Below are positions 14,417 through 26,026 of a stretch of 64,000 nucleotides of DNA, piece after piece. The stretch comes from Octopus sinensis (lineage: Eukaryota). The stretch's first letter is position 1; each line of letters starts with the position of its first letter. Location of the stretch: NCBI RefSeq assembly GCF_006345805.1, contig NC_042997.1, forward strand, positions 212,660,001 to 212,724,000, in the 5' to 3' direction. Position numbers and translations under genes: made by a program. The notes below the pieces were generated by a model that saw only the letters and a program-made list of their open reading frames with translations, was not told the DNA's origin and did not search any database.

Positions 14417-14587
14417 ACACACACATACACACACACACACTCACACACATACACTCTCACACACACGCACACATACACTCTCACACACACGCACACATAC
14501 ACTCACACACACACACACACAAAGACACACACATATACACACACTCACATGCAAACACACACACAAAGACACACACACATACACTCA

Positions 14588-14622
<35 letters not shown>

Positions 14623-14873
14623 ATTTGCGTGATGAGCATCAATCGGTTTCCGTCAGCCAAATTTCTCTCCCAGTTTATTCCCAATCCCAAGGCTGGCTAA
14701 AGTAGAAAATCCTTTTATATTTTGGGTGAGAAATCGAATGGCTTCAAAGAGAACTCCTTACCACACAGCTATGCTGGCACCATATTTTGAAACTCTTCTC
14801 GTATTAAAACAAGATCCATGTAATAAATGGTTACAGTGTTGAATTCTAGAACTATACTAAATAACTAATTATT

Positions 14874-15283
14874 CTCTTTTACTCTTTTACTCTTTTACTT
14901 GTTTCAGTCATTTGACTGCGGCCATGCTGGAGCACCGCCTTTAGTCGAGCAACTCGACCCCGGGACTTATTCTTTGTGTAATCCCAGTACTTATTCTATC
15001 GGTCTCTTTTTGCCGAATCGCTAAGTGACGGGGATGTAAGCACACCAGCATCGGTTGTCAAGCAATGCTAGGGGGACAAACATAGACACACAAACACACA
15101 CACATACACACACATATATACAACAGGCTTCTTTCAGTTTCCGTCTACCAAATCCACTCACAAGGCATTGGTCGGCCCGGGGCTATAGCAGAAGACACTT
15201 GCCCAAGATGCCACGCAGTGGGACTGAACCCGGAACCATGTGGTTGGTTAGCAAGCTACTTACCACACAGCCACTCCTGCGCC
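14874..15283 (-). mobile_element. SINE family B (full length) with TSD
   Basis: Reverse complement of the 6230 copy; TTATTCTCTT flanks both ends. Confidence 0.9.
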
Positions 15284-16508
15284 TTATTCTCTTCTTTCAT
15301 TTCACAGTTTTATTTATTGAAGTCATAATTTTTGTGGTCAATAAATTAAATTCAAAAGATGCTAAAAACCTGGAACTTGAAGTTTACATCTGAATAATTC
15401 TGTTAAATTACAAGCAAATAATTAGGATCCCGTGATTATTTGAATATCAAATGAGAATACGGTGTGTAGTGATCAAAGCAGTAGTTTGACAATAGACTGT
15501 TTTACAAAGCTTTAACAGACTTTTAACTGAGTGGCTCAGGCAAAAGCAGTTTAGTAAAGATGAGAAACACAAATTCTTTTATATAACGAACCAAATCATG
15601 CTTCCAGTGCATAAATGAATGATATTATGAGAAGCCATTTTACAAATGTGACTGATTTTTTTCCCTCGGGGTTTACATGTCTTACATCTGGTGAGGACCT
15701 TATGAATTATTTATTAAAAGAGCTTTCAGAAGAAGCATTAAAAGGTTTTGATGATCAACTGGGAATTTGTTCAGCCATTTTAGCATACCTCATTTAAACT
15801 CGGTCAATGGAAATGATGGAAAAAAATACTTGCCCAAAATGCTGTGCTGTAGGATTGAACCTGAAGCCACATAGTTGGGGAGAAAACTTGAGACTTAACC
15901 ACAGAGACACATTAAGAAGAGCAAAACTTTGACCTGGGTTGGATGAAGTCAAACACAAGAAAACATTGAACCAAATACAATTGTAATTCTAGTTCCATAT
16001 CTGAGAGAAAATATTGCAGTCGTCTCTTTGAGAACTTTCACAATGTGCTGGACCATCAATTGCTGTATATTAATTATCTCTTTACAATTCTTTAATTAAT
16101 AAAAAGAAGAAGTCATTAATTATTCCTCCCAATTAGTTATAATATTATATTGAAGCTATTACAAATATAGCCTTTCATTTGTTATACATCTTTAATGCTT
16201 CTCAACCACAGAATACAAGTCGTTCTCAGCGATTAATTGATGGGCTGTGATTGTGATAAGAGAAACTTCTCTCACATTATGTTAAAACCATTTTGAATGA
16301 AGGCATCGATGTGGACAAATTGGCCAGAGACTTTCTGACGGATTAGCTGCTGAGTTGTGCCATGGTCAATTAATCTAATTTAATCCACAAAGATTGTGTA
16401 TTTATTTTACAATGAGATCAAAACTTGCTTTCATATTTTCTTCTTTCATTCATATTCTCACTCTCTGTCTATCTGTCTGTTTGTCTTACTGTCTGTCTCT
16501 GTCTCTCT

Positions 16509-16631
<123 letters not shown>

Positions 16632-16644
16632 CATTATATATATA

Positions 16645-17218
16645 CATCATCATCATCATCATCATCATCATTTAGCGTCCGTTTTCCATGCTAGCATGGG
16701 TTGGACGGTTCAACTGGGGTCTGGGGAGCCCGAAGGCTGCACCAGGCAGTCAGATCTGGCAGTGTTTCTACAGCTGGATGCCCTTCCTAACGCCACCACT
16801 CCGAGAGTGTAGTGGGTGATTTTATGTGCCACCGACACAGGTGCCAGACGAGGCTGGCGAACGGCCACGCTCGGATGGTGTTTTTATGTGCCACCGACAC
16901 AGGTGCCAGACGAGGCTGGCAGACGGCCACGCTCGGATGGTGTTTTTATGTGCCACCGACACAGGTGCCAGATGAGGCTGGCAGGTGCCAGACGAGGCTG
17001 GCAGACGGCCCGAGGCTGGCAGACGGCCCGAGGCTGGCAGACGGCCTATATATACATATATATATATAATGTATATATATAGATTATCCAGCTGTAGAAA
17101 CACTGCCAGATCTGACTGGCCTGGTGCAGCCTTCGGGCTTGCCAGACCCCAGTTGAACCGTCCAACCCATGCTAGCATGGAAAGTGGACGTTAAACGATG
17201 ATGATGATGATGATGATA
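16645..17218. mobile_element. Head-to-head pair of RTE 3' UTR fragments with internal module tandem
   Basis: 16645-16779 and 17086-17218 are inverted copies of the terminal block, separated by ~45-bp modules, GAGGCTGGCAGACGGCCC repeats and a TA run. Confidence 0.85.
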
Positions 17219-17219
17219 T

Positions 17220-19118
17220 CAGGCCGCACTGGCATCAAGCATGCTCGAATGGTGCCTTTTACATGCCACCGGCACAGGTGTCAGTCAGGTGGCACCTCCA
17301 AGAGTGTAGTGGGTGCTTTTTATGTACCACTAGCACAGGGGCCAGTAAGGCAGTCCTGGCATCAGCCACAGCTATGATTTCACTTGATTCAAAAGGTCTT
17401 CTCAAGCACAGCATATTGCCTGACGATTGAGGAGTACTTTTGAATGGGCCAGTTATGTGACACTGGCATCAGCCACAACTACGATCTCACTTGGCTTGAT
17501 GGGTCTTCTCAAGCACGGCATATCTCCAAAGGTCTCGGTTGCATGTCATTGACTGTGAGGCCCAAAATTTCAAGGTCATGCTTCACCACCTCATCCCATG
17601 TCTTCCTGGGTCTCCCTCTACCACAGGTTCCCTCCACTGTTAGAGTGTGACACTTCTTCACACAGCTGTCCTCATCCATACACAACACATGCAGTCGTCT
17701 CTCTTGCACACCACATCTGATGCTTCTTATGTTCAACTTTTCTCTCAGGGTGCTTACACTCTGTCATCCATGGACACTGACATTACACATACAGAAGATT
17801 ATGCCAGATTCATTTTTCTTGCACCTACGCATGTCATCAGCAGTCACAGTCCATATTTCACTGCTGTGTAGCATGGCTGTTCACACAGTCTACCTTTCAC
17901 TCTGAGTGAGAGGCCCTTTATTAACAGCAGAAGTAGGAGCTCTCTGAACTTTGCCTAGGATATTCTTATACTAACAGTTATGCTTCTCAGAGCATCCACT
18001 CCTGCTATTGACTTGGTCACCTAGGTAATGGAAGCTATAAACTACTTCTAGTTTTTCTCCCTGGCATGAGATGGAATCTGTTTTCTGTACATCTTCTGTG
18101 TATATTGCCCCTGTGCATCTTCCACACACAAGAACTATCTTCCCAGTTAACCTTCCTTTGATATTGTTGCACCTCTTATGTATCCATAGCTTACACCAGG
18201 TACATCTTATAGAGTTTCTACCTTTGCTTTTTCTACAGATCAAGCAGGGCCATCAATCTGAAGGCATTTGTGATTTTTCTGTCTTCCTACTTACTAAGAC
18301 TTTGGTTTTTGCCAGGTTAACCCTAAGGCCCTTTGATTCTAGACCTTGCTTCCATACTCTAAACTTCGTCTCCAGTTCTGGCAGTGACTCAGCTATTAGA
18401 GCAAGGTCATCAGCATAGAGGAGCTCCCAGGGGCATCCTGTCTTGAATTCCTCCGTTATTGCCCGGAGGACTATGATAAATAGGAGGGGGCTGAGGACTG
18501 ATCCTTGGTGAACCCCTACTTCTACTTAGAATTCTTCACTATACTCATTGCCAACACTTACCTTGCTGACAGCATCCCTGTACAGGGCTTGTACAGCTCT
18601 TACCAGCCACCCATCTGTCCCCAGTTACTGCACTGACCACCAGATAAGTGATTGGGGGACCCTGTCAAAGGCTTTCTCAAAGTCAATAAAAGCCAAGACG
18701 TTTATCGTTCGCTAGATATTTCTCCTACAGTTGCCTTGGTGCTTCTGTGGTGCTTCTGCCTGGCACAAAACCAAACTGCTTCTCATCTAGACTAACTCTC
18801 TTGCTAATCAGTTGGGCTATGACCCTCTCTGTAACTTTCATCACCCGATCCAATAATTTGATACCGCTGTAGTTATTTCTAGCAAAAGCATCACTTTTCC
18901 CCTTGTAGCAGTTGACTATGGTGCTGCTACACCAGTCATTGGGTATGACTCCTTCATAAACAACCTGATTTACGGTGTGGGTGACAAGACCATAACCCAC
19001 GTCACCAGATATGTTAAGCATCTCAGCAGTGATTCCTGATGGGCCGGGGGCTTTTCCTGTCTCCATATCCTTAATTGCTTTATCTACCTGGGTACTGTCG
19101 ACTCGGATAGCCCTGTCC
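17220..19118 (-). mobile_element. RTE LINE, 5'-truncated, multiply disrupted ORF (RT, Cys/His finger, C-terminus, 3' UTR)
   Basis: Minus frames give KAIKDMETGKAPGPSGI, NYSGIKLLD, QFGFVPGRST, VHQGSVLSPLL, YADD (18405-18420), C..C....H..C....C..C finger (17971-18243) and GRPRKTWDEVVKHDL. Confidence 0.9.
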
Positions 19119-20135
19119 CTCTTATGCCCAAATTTTCTCTCCAGATACTTACACTCTGACATACATGCACCCTGACATTGCACATCCAGCAAAGCATACT
19201 GGCTTCATTTCTTTCAAGCCTATGCATGTCCCCAGCAGTCGCAGCCATGTTGCCAGCAGAGGCAGGATCTCTCTCTAAACTTTGCCCAGCTTATTCTTAC
19301 TCTTGCAGCTACTACTAACTTGGTTATCTAGATAATCTAAGCTCTCTACTACCTCTAGCTTACCCACCTGGCAGTTGATGGAGTCTATTTTCTCTACATT
19401 TTCATTGTTTAGTCTACTTGTGCATCTTCCACACTCAAAAGCTATTTTCCCTGTTAACCTTCCTCTGATAATGCTACACGTCTTATGTGTCTGTAGCTTA
19501 CACTGTGTACATCTAATGGAGTTTCTACCTATGCCTTTTCTACAGGTTGAGCAGGGCCACTTACCCGAAGGAGTTTGTGATTTGTCTGCTCTCCTACTTA
19601 TTGAGACTTTCATTTCTGCTAGGTTTACTCTAAGGCTTGTCGATTCCTGACTTTGCTTCCATATCTGAAAACTTTCTCCGGTTCTGGTAGTGATTCAGCC
19701 ACAAGAACAAGGTCATCAGCATAGAAGAGCTCTCAAGTTCAGTCTGTCTCAAATTCCTCCGTTATTGCCTGGGGACTATAATGAACAAGAGGGAGCTGAG
19801 GATCAAACCTTGGTAAACCCCTAGTTGCACCCTGAATTCGTTGTCAGTCCTCACCTTACTTGTAGTGTCTCTGTACATGGCTTGTACAGCATTCACCAAC
19901 CACTCATCCGTCCCGAGTTTCTGCATTGAGGCCCAGATAATGGATAGGGAGACCCTGTCAAAGGCTTTCTCCAAGTCAACAAAAGCCAAGTACAGAGGCT
20001 TACCTTTCGCTATGTATTTCTCCTGCAGCTTCCTTACCAGGAATACAGCCTCAGTGATGCTTCTCCCTTGCACAAAACCAAACTGCATTTCATATAGACT
20101 AACCCTGTCCTTAATTAGTTGGGCAATGACCAGGA
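19119..20135 (-). mobile_element. Second RTE LINE ORF fragment joined in tandem to the first
   Basis: QFGFVQGRSITEAVFLVRKLQEKY..LYLAFVDLEKAFDRV (19762-20088), finger CSTCRKGIGRNSIRCTQCKLQTHKTC (19275-19613), then a C-terminal segment (19120-19260). Confidence 0.9.
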
Positions 20136-20762
20136 TGAGATAGGAAGGAAATCCATCATACTGATTTAACTAAGGTAAGTAAACAAAATCCATTCATTGT
20201 ATCACTGGTGAAAAACTGGTAACTGAGGGAATGGAAGTTTGTTACCAATATGCAACTGTTCAAGAAACAGCTGTAAAGTATCATCTAAACATTTTCTTTC
20301 CTTCAATTGCAAGTTTTTCCCCAGTGGTGCCAGGAATTTTACGAATCTAAATCAAATGAACCTTAAGGATTTCTCTGCTGTAGTTGCCTGCTGATGCTGA
20401 CAAGGCTTGTGATGATCCTGATGTTGCTGACACCCACAATGATGATACACTGTAGCCAATCCAGTTGAATTTCATATACTTTTTATCAATATATTACCCC
20501 TTCATCACTATAATCTACACATTATTATCTTTACATTACTATCTATTCCTCATTTTCCAAGCACCATGACTTGTAAATTATTACCTCTCTTCCATTATCT
20601 AAACAATATCTATTTATCATTATTATCTCAATTTATTATCAATACGTTATTATCTATACAAAAATACATGTTTCAATTCCAATAAGTCAATAACGAGACA
20701 ATCTCATTGTAAACAATATTTTTGGTGTTACATTGTCTGATTGAAGAAACTCATCAGAAACC

Positions 20763-20839
20763 GCTCTCTCTTCTCTCTCTCTCGCTCTCTCCTCTCTCTC
20801 TCTCTCTCCTCTCCTCTCTCTCTCTCCTCTCTCTCTCTA

Positions 20840-20912
<73 letters not shown>

Positions 20913-21051
20913 CCTCTCTCTTCTCTCTAGATGCTATCTCTCTTCTCTCCTCTCTCTCCCCTCTGTCTACTCTCTCCTATCTCTCCTCTCTCACTATCTC
21001 TCTCTCTTCTCACTTCTCTTCTCTCTCTCTTCTCTCTCTCTCTCTCTCTCT

Positions 21052-21136
<85 letters not shown>

Positions 21137-21285
21137 GCTCTACTCTCCTCTCTCTCTCTCTCTCTCCTCTCTCAAATCTCTCTCTTTTTGTTCTTCTCAA
21201 TCTCTCTCTCTCTATCTCTCTCTCTCTCTCTAATCTCTCTCTCTCTCTCTTCTCTCTCTCTCGCATCTCTATCTCTATCTCCACT
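20763..21285. repeat. (CT)n polypyrimidine array
   Basis: ~520 bp degenerate CT repeat. Confidence 0.95.
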
Positions 21286-22185
21286 CATGACTCCTTTGTG
21301 ATTCCAGATTTTCTTTCAAACCACTTCTTCCCCCATGTTGGAGCTTTGTTAAACCACTACAACATGGATCAATGCTACAATGCAACCGTAATGGTACGGA
21401 AGTGGCACAGAAATACAACTTTTGAAAAAATCAATCATTTCTGCTGGCAATAAGTGTTATATAATAAACGCAGATACAGCAGATGGAAGTGAACATGCTG
21501 AAATGGTTGTATGTAGTCAGTGGAATTATGGTGAAGAGGAAGTGGAGGAGGGGGCGAGGATGTCGAAGTGGACGGTTCTTTGAAGTGTGTCTATTGTGTG
21601 TGTTTAAAGTGTGTCTGTCAGGCAGGTTTAAAACATGTATATTGTGTATGTTTAATGTGTGTGTGTGTTATGTACAGTTAAAACGTGTGTATTTTATGCA
21701 TTTAAAATATATATTGTGTATGTTTAAAGTGAGTACATTGTGTACTTTTAAAGTATGCCTACTGTGTCTGTTTAAAGGGTGTTTGTTGTGTGTGTTTAGA
21801 ATAATGATGTGAAATTAACATGTTGATGTATCGTAAGTAGAAATGTATATTGAGTATGCAAATATTGACAATTTAGATATGAACTATGTCTGTTGTTGAA
21901 GTAATTGTGTATGAAGGAAGGAGAGAGTCAACAATTGGAGTGGTAGTGGTGGTAGTGGTGGTGATGAGGATGATACAACTGAGAGGTGATACCCAGATGA
22001 TTATTTAAGAATGAGGCTGAGTTAAATGTTTTAATTAGCCAACTAAATGTTATAAAACTATAAAACAAAGCTGAGTAACAGAGTGAATGTAATCAGATGA
22101 ATATTGTAATAAGACTTGGGTTTCTCTGTCCATTTGTCATTCGTTCAGATCAAAAGCATTTGTTCAAGTAATTCATTATTTATGT

Positions 22186-22570
22186 GGAGGCGCAATGGCC
22201 CAGTGGTTAGGGCAGCGGACTCACGGTCGTAGGATTGCGGTTTCGATTCCCAGACCGGGCGTTGTGAGTGTTTATTGAGCGAAAACACCTAAAGCTCCAC
22301 GAGGCTCCGGCAGGGGATGGTGGTGATCCCCTGTATGCTGTACTCTTCACCACAACTTTCTCTCACTCTTACTTCCTGTTTCTGTTGTACCTGTATTTCA
22401 AGGGGCCGGCCTTGTCACTCTCTGTGTCACGCTGAATATCCCGAGAACTACGTTAAGGGTACACGTGTCTGTGGAGTGCTCAGCCACTTACACGTTAATT
22501 TCACGAGCAGGCTGTTCCGTTGACTCGGATCAACCGAAACCCTCGTCGTCGTAACCGACGGAGTGCTTCC
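22186..22570 (+). mobile_element. tRNA-derived SINE, family A (full length)
   Basis: GGAGGCGCAATGGCCCAGTGGTTAGGGCAGCGGACTC..GTTTCGATTCCC head; ends GTAACCGACGGAGTGCTTCC; TCATTATTT occurs on both sides (TSD-like). Confidence 0.9.
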
Positions 22571-22766
22571 CTCATTATTTATTTGTATCTTTTAGCCTCA
22601 AACGAAGGCAACAAGCATAATAACATAATCTGGCACCCAAAGTGCCAATTCATCATATTAAACTGGGTGATGGGACAGGCCATGGCTGAATTTCAACACA
22701 GAAGCAAAAGCATGGACAAATTCTGTAGGTATATGATCTGTAATTCTTTCAGTCCTGTCAATCCAC

Positions 22767-22790
22767 AATCTAGCTACGGTGGTACATATT

Positions 22791-22823
<33 letters not shown>

Positions 22824-22875
22824 GGCCCCTGCACAAAGATGACACGCAAATTCGTGAAGCATTCCATATTTTTTT
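22767..22875 (+). ncRNA. U6: U6 snRNA retro-copy (probable pseudogene)
   Basis: ACATATTCTAAAATTGGAACGATACAGAGAAGATTAGCATGGCCCCTGCACAAAGATGACACGCAAATTCGTGAAGCATTCCATATTTTTTT aligns to canonical U6. ACAGAGA box and AGC triad are intact; the 5' stem-loop is decayed and the ISL stem has a C-A mismatch. Confidence 0.93.
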
Positions 22876-22941
22876 AAATGGCGGTGCCACAGCATGGCCA
22901 CAACTCATGAGCTGAAACTAGATGAAATGAAATAAAATGAA
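22876..22941 (+). mobile_element. SINE/LINE-type 3' tail fused to U6
   Basis: AAATGGCGGTGCCACAGCATGGCCACAACTCATGAGCTGAAACTAG(ATGAA)n-like; homologous to the family B SINE tail. Confidence 0.8.
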
Positions 22942-23005
22942 TCCTGTACCGGCACCTTTTGATCACCCTCTTCATTCCACCATAGAATAAAAAGCAAAAA
23001 TTTAC

Positions 23006-23083
23006 CTGAGTTAGGTTTGAAATTAGAATGTTGGAATACTTCTGGGTATTCTATCCAATGCTCCAATAACTTCTGCCAATTTA
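23006..23083 (-). CDS. Tentative 78-nt internal exon (unknown protein)
   Basis: Minus strand TTTTATTTCTGCTGACAG| ... CAG|GTAAAT; phase 1-1 and open: NWQKLLEHWIEYPEVFQHSNFKPNS. No partner exons identified. Confidence 0.25.
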
Positions 23084-23750
23084 CTGTCAGCAGAAATAAA
23101 ATTTCTTTAAAAATTGTCAATTCATTCAATTTGTCCATTAAATTCACATTTGCAGTGCAAAGAAAAGTAATGTTTGTCTTTTATTTTTGGTCAAGTTTGA
23201 GGAGGAACTGGATGAAGAAAATAACATACACTAAAATTGGGGATGGATTTACCAAAACGTTCAGTTAAAAGTGCAGTTATTTCTGCTGTAAATGTATTTC
23301 AATTTATTGAATTCTGTTCCTTCTACCAAGTAAAACAACTTATTTTTTAAGTGGTTCGTTTATTTTATAACAGCCTCCAGTTAGTAAACCAGTTAATCCT
23401 GCTGTTTGTATGATAAATATCTGATTTTCTTTGTAAATATTTATTGAAATACAATTTTAAAAAATCTCTTTAAAAGATTCTTTATTGTAAATGAAAACAA
23501 TTCACTGGAACTTCCCACTGTAATGAGGTTTTGGTCAGATTTGAACCACTTCACTTAAACTTCCAGTTTAGAGCCACAGCCTATATATATTGCCATATAA
23601 GGTATGACTGACCCATGTAAATGTGAATCAACAATGGCATGCATGCATTGGTCAATGGCTGTAAATGTTACGGAAATGTTATGTAAACTTCTGGCTAATT
23701 ATGAAGTCAAAGTTTCTGGAAAGTCTTGCTTAAGGTTATAAAAAACTGAT

Positions 23751-23936
23751 AACTTCTAAAAATTCGAATCACATGATAGCTTGATTCTGATTGGTTGCTT
23801 AATCAGCTGATCATGTGAAACCATTGTAGCTTGGCCAGGGTGTCTACTCAGCTACTTAGCAATTCGGTTTCAAATCCACTACACCTTATCAACATAACAC
23901 ACATTTTATGTAAAATATTCTGTTTAATTATGAATA
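23751..23936 (+). repeat. Dispersed repeat, inverted copy at 27026-27212
   Basis: ~185 bp high-identity inverted match; contains a CCAAT box and clustered E-boxes. Confidence 0.85.
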
Positions 23937-23950
23937 TATATTATAAATAC

Positions 23951-24350
23951 CATCATCATCATCATCATCATTGTTTAACGTCCGCTTTCCATGCTAGCAT
24001 GGGTTGGACGAATGACTGAGGGCTGGCAACCAGATGGCTGCACCAGGCTTCAATCTTGATCTGGCAGAGTTTCTACAGCTGGATGCCCTTCCTAACGCCA
24101 ACCACTCTGAGAGTGTAGTGGGTGCTTTTTACATGCCTCCGGCACAGGGCCAGTCAGGTGGTACTGGCAACGACCTTGCTCGAATATTTTACACATGCCA
24201 CCGGCACAGGTGCCAGTAAGGCGATGCTGATAACGATCATGCTTGAATGGTGTCTTTTATGTGCCACCGGCACGGAGGCCAGATAGCCGCTCTGGCAATG
24301 ATCACGCTCAGATGGTGCCCTTAACACCCTACTAGCATGGGGCTCAAGTG
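23951..24350 (-). mobile_element. RTE 3' UTR fragment
   Basis: (CAT)n end, CAGCTGGATGCCCTTCCTAACGCCAACCAC block and several GTGCCACCGGCAC modules. Confidence 0.85.
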
Positions 24351-24539
24351 TCAGTAAGTAAATATACACACACTTAATCACCTTAACACATTATAAAGAT
24401 TTCTATAGTCAGGATTCTGTTTTCATCTTTTCAACCATGAGATGTGCTCACATCTTATTCTACTTGTCTCTGTATAAGATCTGTTGAAAATACATGTTTG
24501 GCAAAGAAAAATCATCCTTGTTTTTTAATGTCAATATAT

Positions 24540-24637
24540 ATTTCTTTACTACCCACAAGGGGCTAAACATAGAGGGGACAAACAATGACAGACAAATGGA
24601 TTAAGTCGATTATATCGACCCCAGTGCATAACTGGTA
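24540..24637 (-). mobile_element. SINE family C 3' fragment
   Basis: TATTTCTTTACTACCCACAAGGGGCTAAACATAGAGGGGACAAAC, the reverse complement of the family C tail. Confidence 0.8.
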
Positions 24638-24981
24638 TTCATGATTCCATCTAATCATCTGCTTTATTCTGTCGTATTTTTATATAAATAATGAACACAT
24701 GTGGCAAAACAGGTTTATCTAAAATGTTATTTTATATATTGTAAACCTTTAAGTATCTCATATATCCTTGTAAATATGTTTTTACAATATAGTATTAATA
24801 TATTTGGACATGGCTGTGTGGTAAGTAGCTTGCTTCCTAACCACATGGTTCCGGGTTCAGTTCCATTGTGTGGCACCTTGGGCAAGTGTCTTTTACCATA
24901 GCCTCAGGCTGACCAAAGCTTTGTGAGTGGATTTTGCAGATGGAAACTGAAAGAAGCCTGTTGTATATATATATATATATA

Positions 24982-25318
24982 CAAGATAAGAAAATGGAGA
25001 AATACATCTAAATCAAATATCAATTACCAGATAATACTCAATCACATACTTTATTAAACCACCACATAAGAGACTGTAGGGTTAAATATAAAAAAGCAGA
25101 ACAAATCAGTGTACATAAAGGAATGTACATAAAAAAGTGTATACAACATTACTCTTTTATGTACACTTTTTTATGTACATTCCTTTATGTACACTGATTT
25201 GTTCTGCTTTTTATATTTAACCCTACAGTCTCTTATGTGGTGGTTAATAAAGTATGTGATTGAGTATTATCTGGTAATTGATATTTGATTTAGATGTATT
25301 CTCCATTTTCTTATCTTG
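24982..25318. repeat. Foldback palindrome, ~160-bp arms, 20-nt spacer
   Basis: 24982-25141 vs 25162-25318 are reverse complements except for three 1-nt homopolymer indels; TA runs on both sides. Confidence 0.95.
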
Positions 25319-25439
25319 TATATATATATATATATATATAATATATATATATATACGACAGACTTCTTTCAGTTTCCATCCCATGGAGGGTTGCATTTAC
25401 AACCCCTATCTCAATTTGTATATATATATATAATATATA

Positions 25440-25570
25440 TATAATAATAATAAATATTAGGGAATAAATCCAAACTTACATATTTAAATAATATAAATTA
25501 AATAATCTTATGTATTGGCTTACATTTTTCATTGTATGATTTGCCTAATAGTGGTTTTATCTCTAATTTA

Positions 25571-25580
<10 letters not shown>
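25440..25580. repeat. AT-rich (TA)n-associated dispersed element
   Basis: TTATGTATTGGCTTA..TTTTCATTGTATGATTTGCCTAATAGTGGTTTTATCTCTAATTTAAT recurs at 42840-42940, 43010-43100 and 53850-53930, always next to TA runs. Confidence 0.8.
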
Positions 25581-25617
<37 letters not shown>

Positions 25618-26026
25618 TATATATATGTATGTGTGTGTATATGTTTGTGTATCTGTGTTTGTCCCCCACCACCCCAACATTGCTTCACAACTGATGCTGG
25701 TGTGTTTATGTCCCCATAACTTGGCAATTCGGCAAAAGGGGCCGATACAATAAGTACTAGGCTTACAAAGAATAAGTCCTTGGGTCGATTTGCTCGACTA
25801 AAGGCTGTGCTCCAGCATGGCCACAGTCAAATGACTGAAACAAGTAAAAGAATATGTAATAATCTGCTTAAAATAATAGATATATGGAAACACACATTTA
25901 TGGTGTGACTGTCCTTGTCCATGATTGACAACCTCTTATGACTAATGACTAATGACATTATAATGAGTGACCCACACCACTGTTCCTTTTGAAGTGAGTT
26001 TTGGTTGAGAAAGTTCAGTGAAATGT

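Larger units (their letters stand above)
24806..25851 (+). mobile_element. SINE family B split at its internal (TA)n by nested insertions
   Basis: 5' half 24806-24965 and 3' half ~25627-25851, with a foldback and AT-rich elements between. Confidence 0.85.

Noticed and set aside
15615-15797. 60-aa ORF MNDIMRSHF..
   Set aside because: Protein-like composition but no homology I can recognise and no splice or repeat context.
22186-22260. tRNA genes at SINE heads (also 1237, 6230, 34760-34831)
   Set aside because: A/B boxes are present, but each continues into a multi-copy SINE body with a TSD and I could not fold a complete cloverleaf.
22767-22875. Functional U6 gene
   Set aside because: The 5' stem-loop is disrupted, the ISL has a mismatch, there is no clear TATA at about -30, and a retro-tail is attached.
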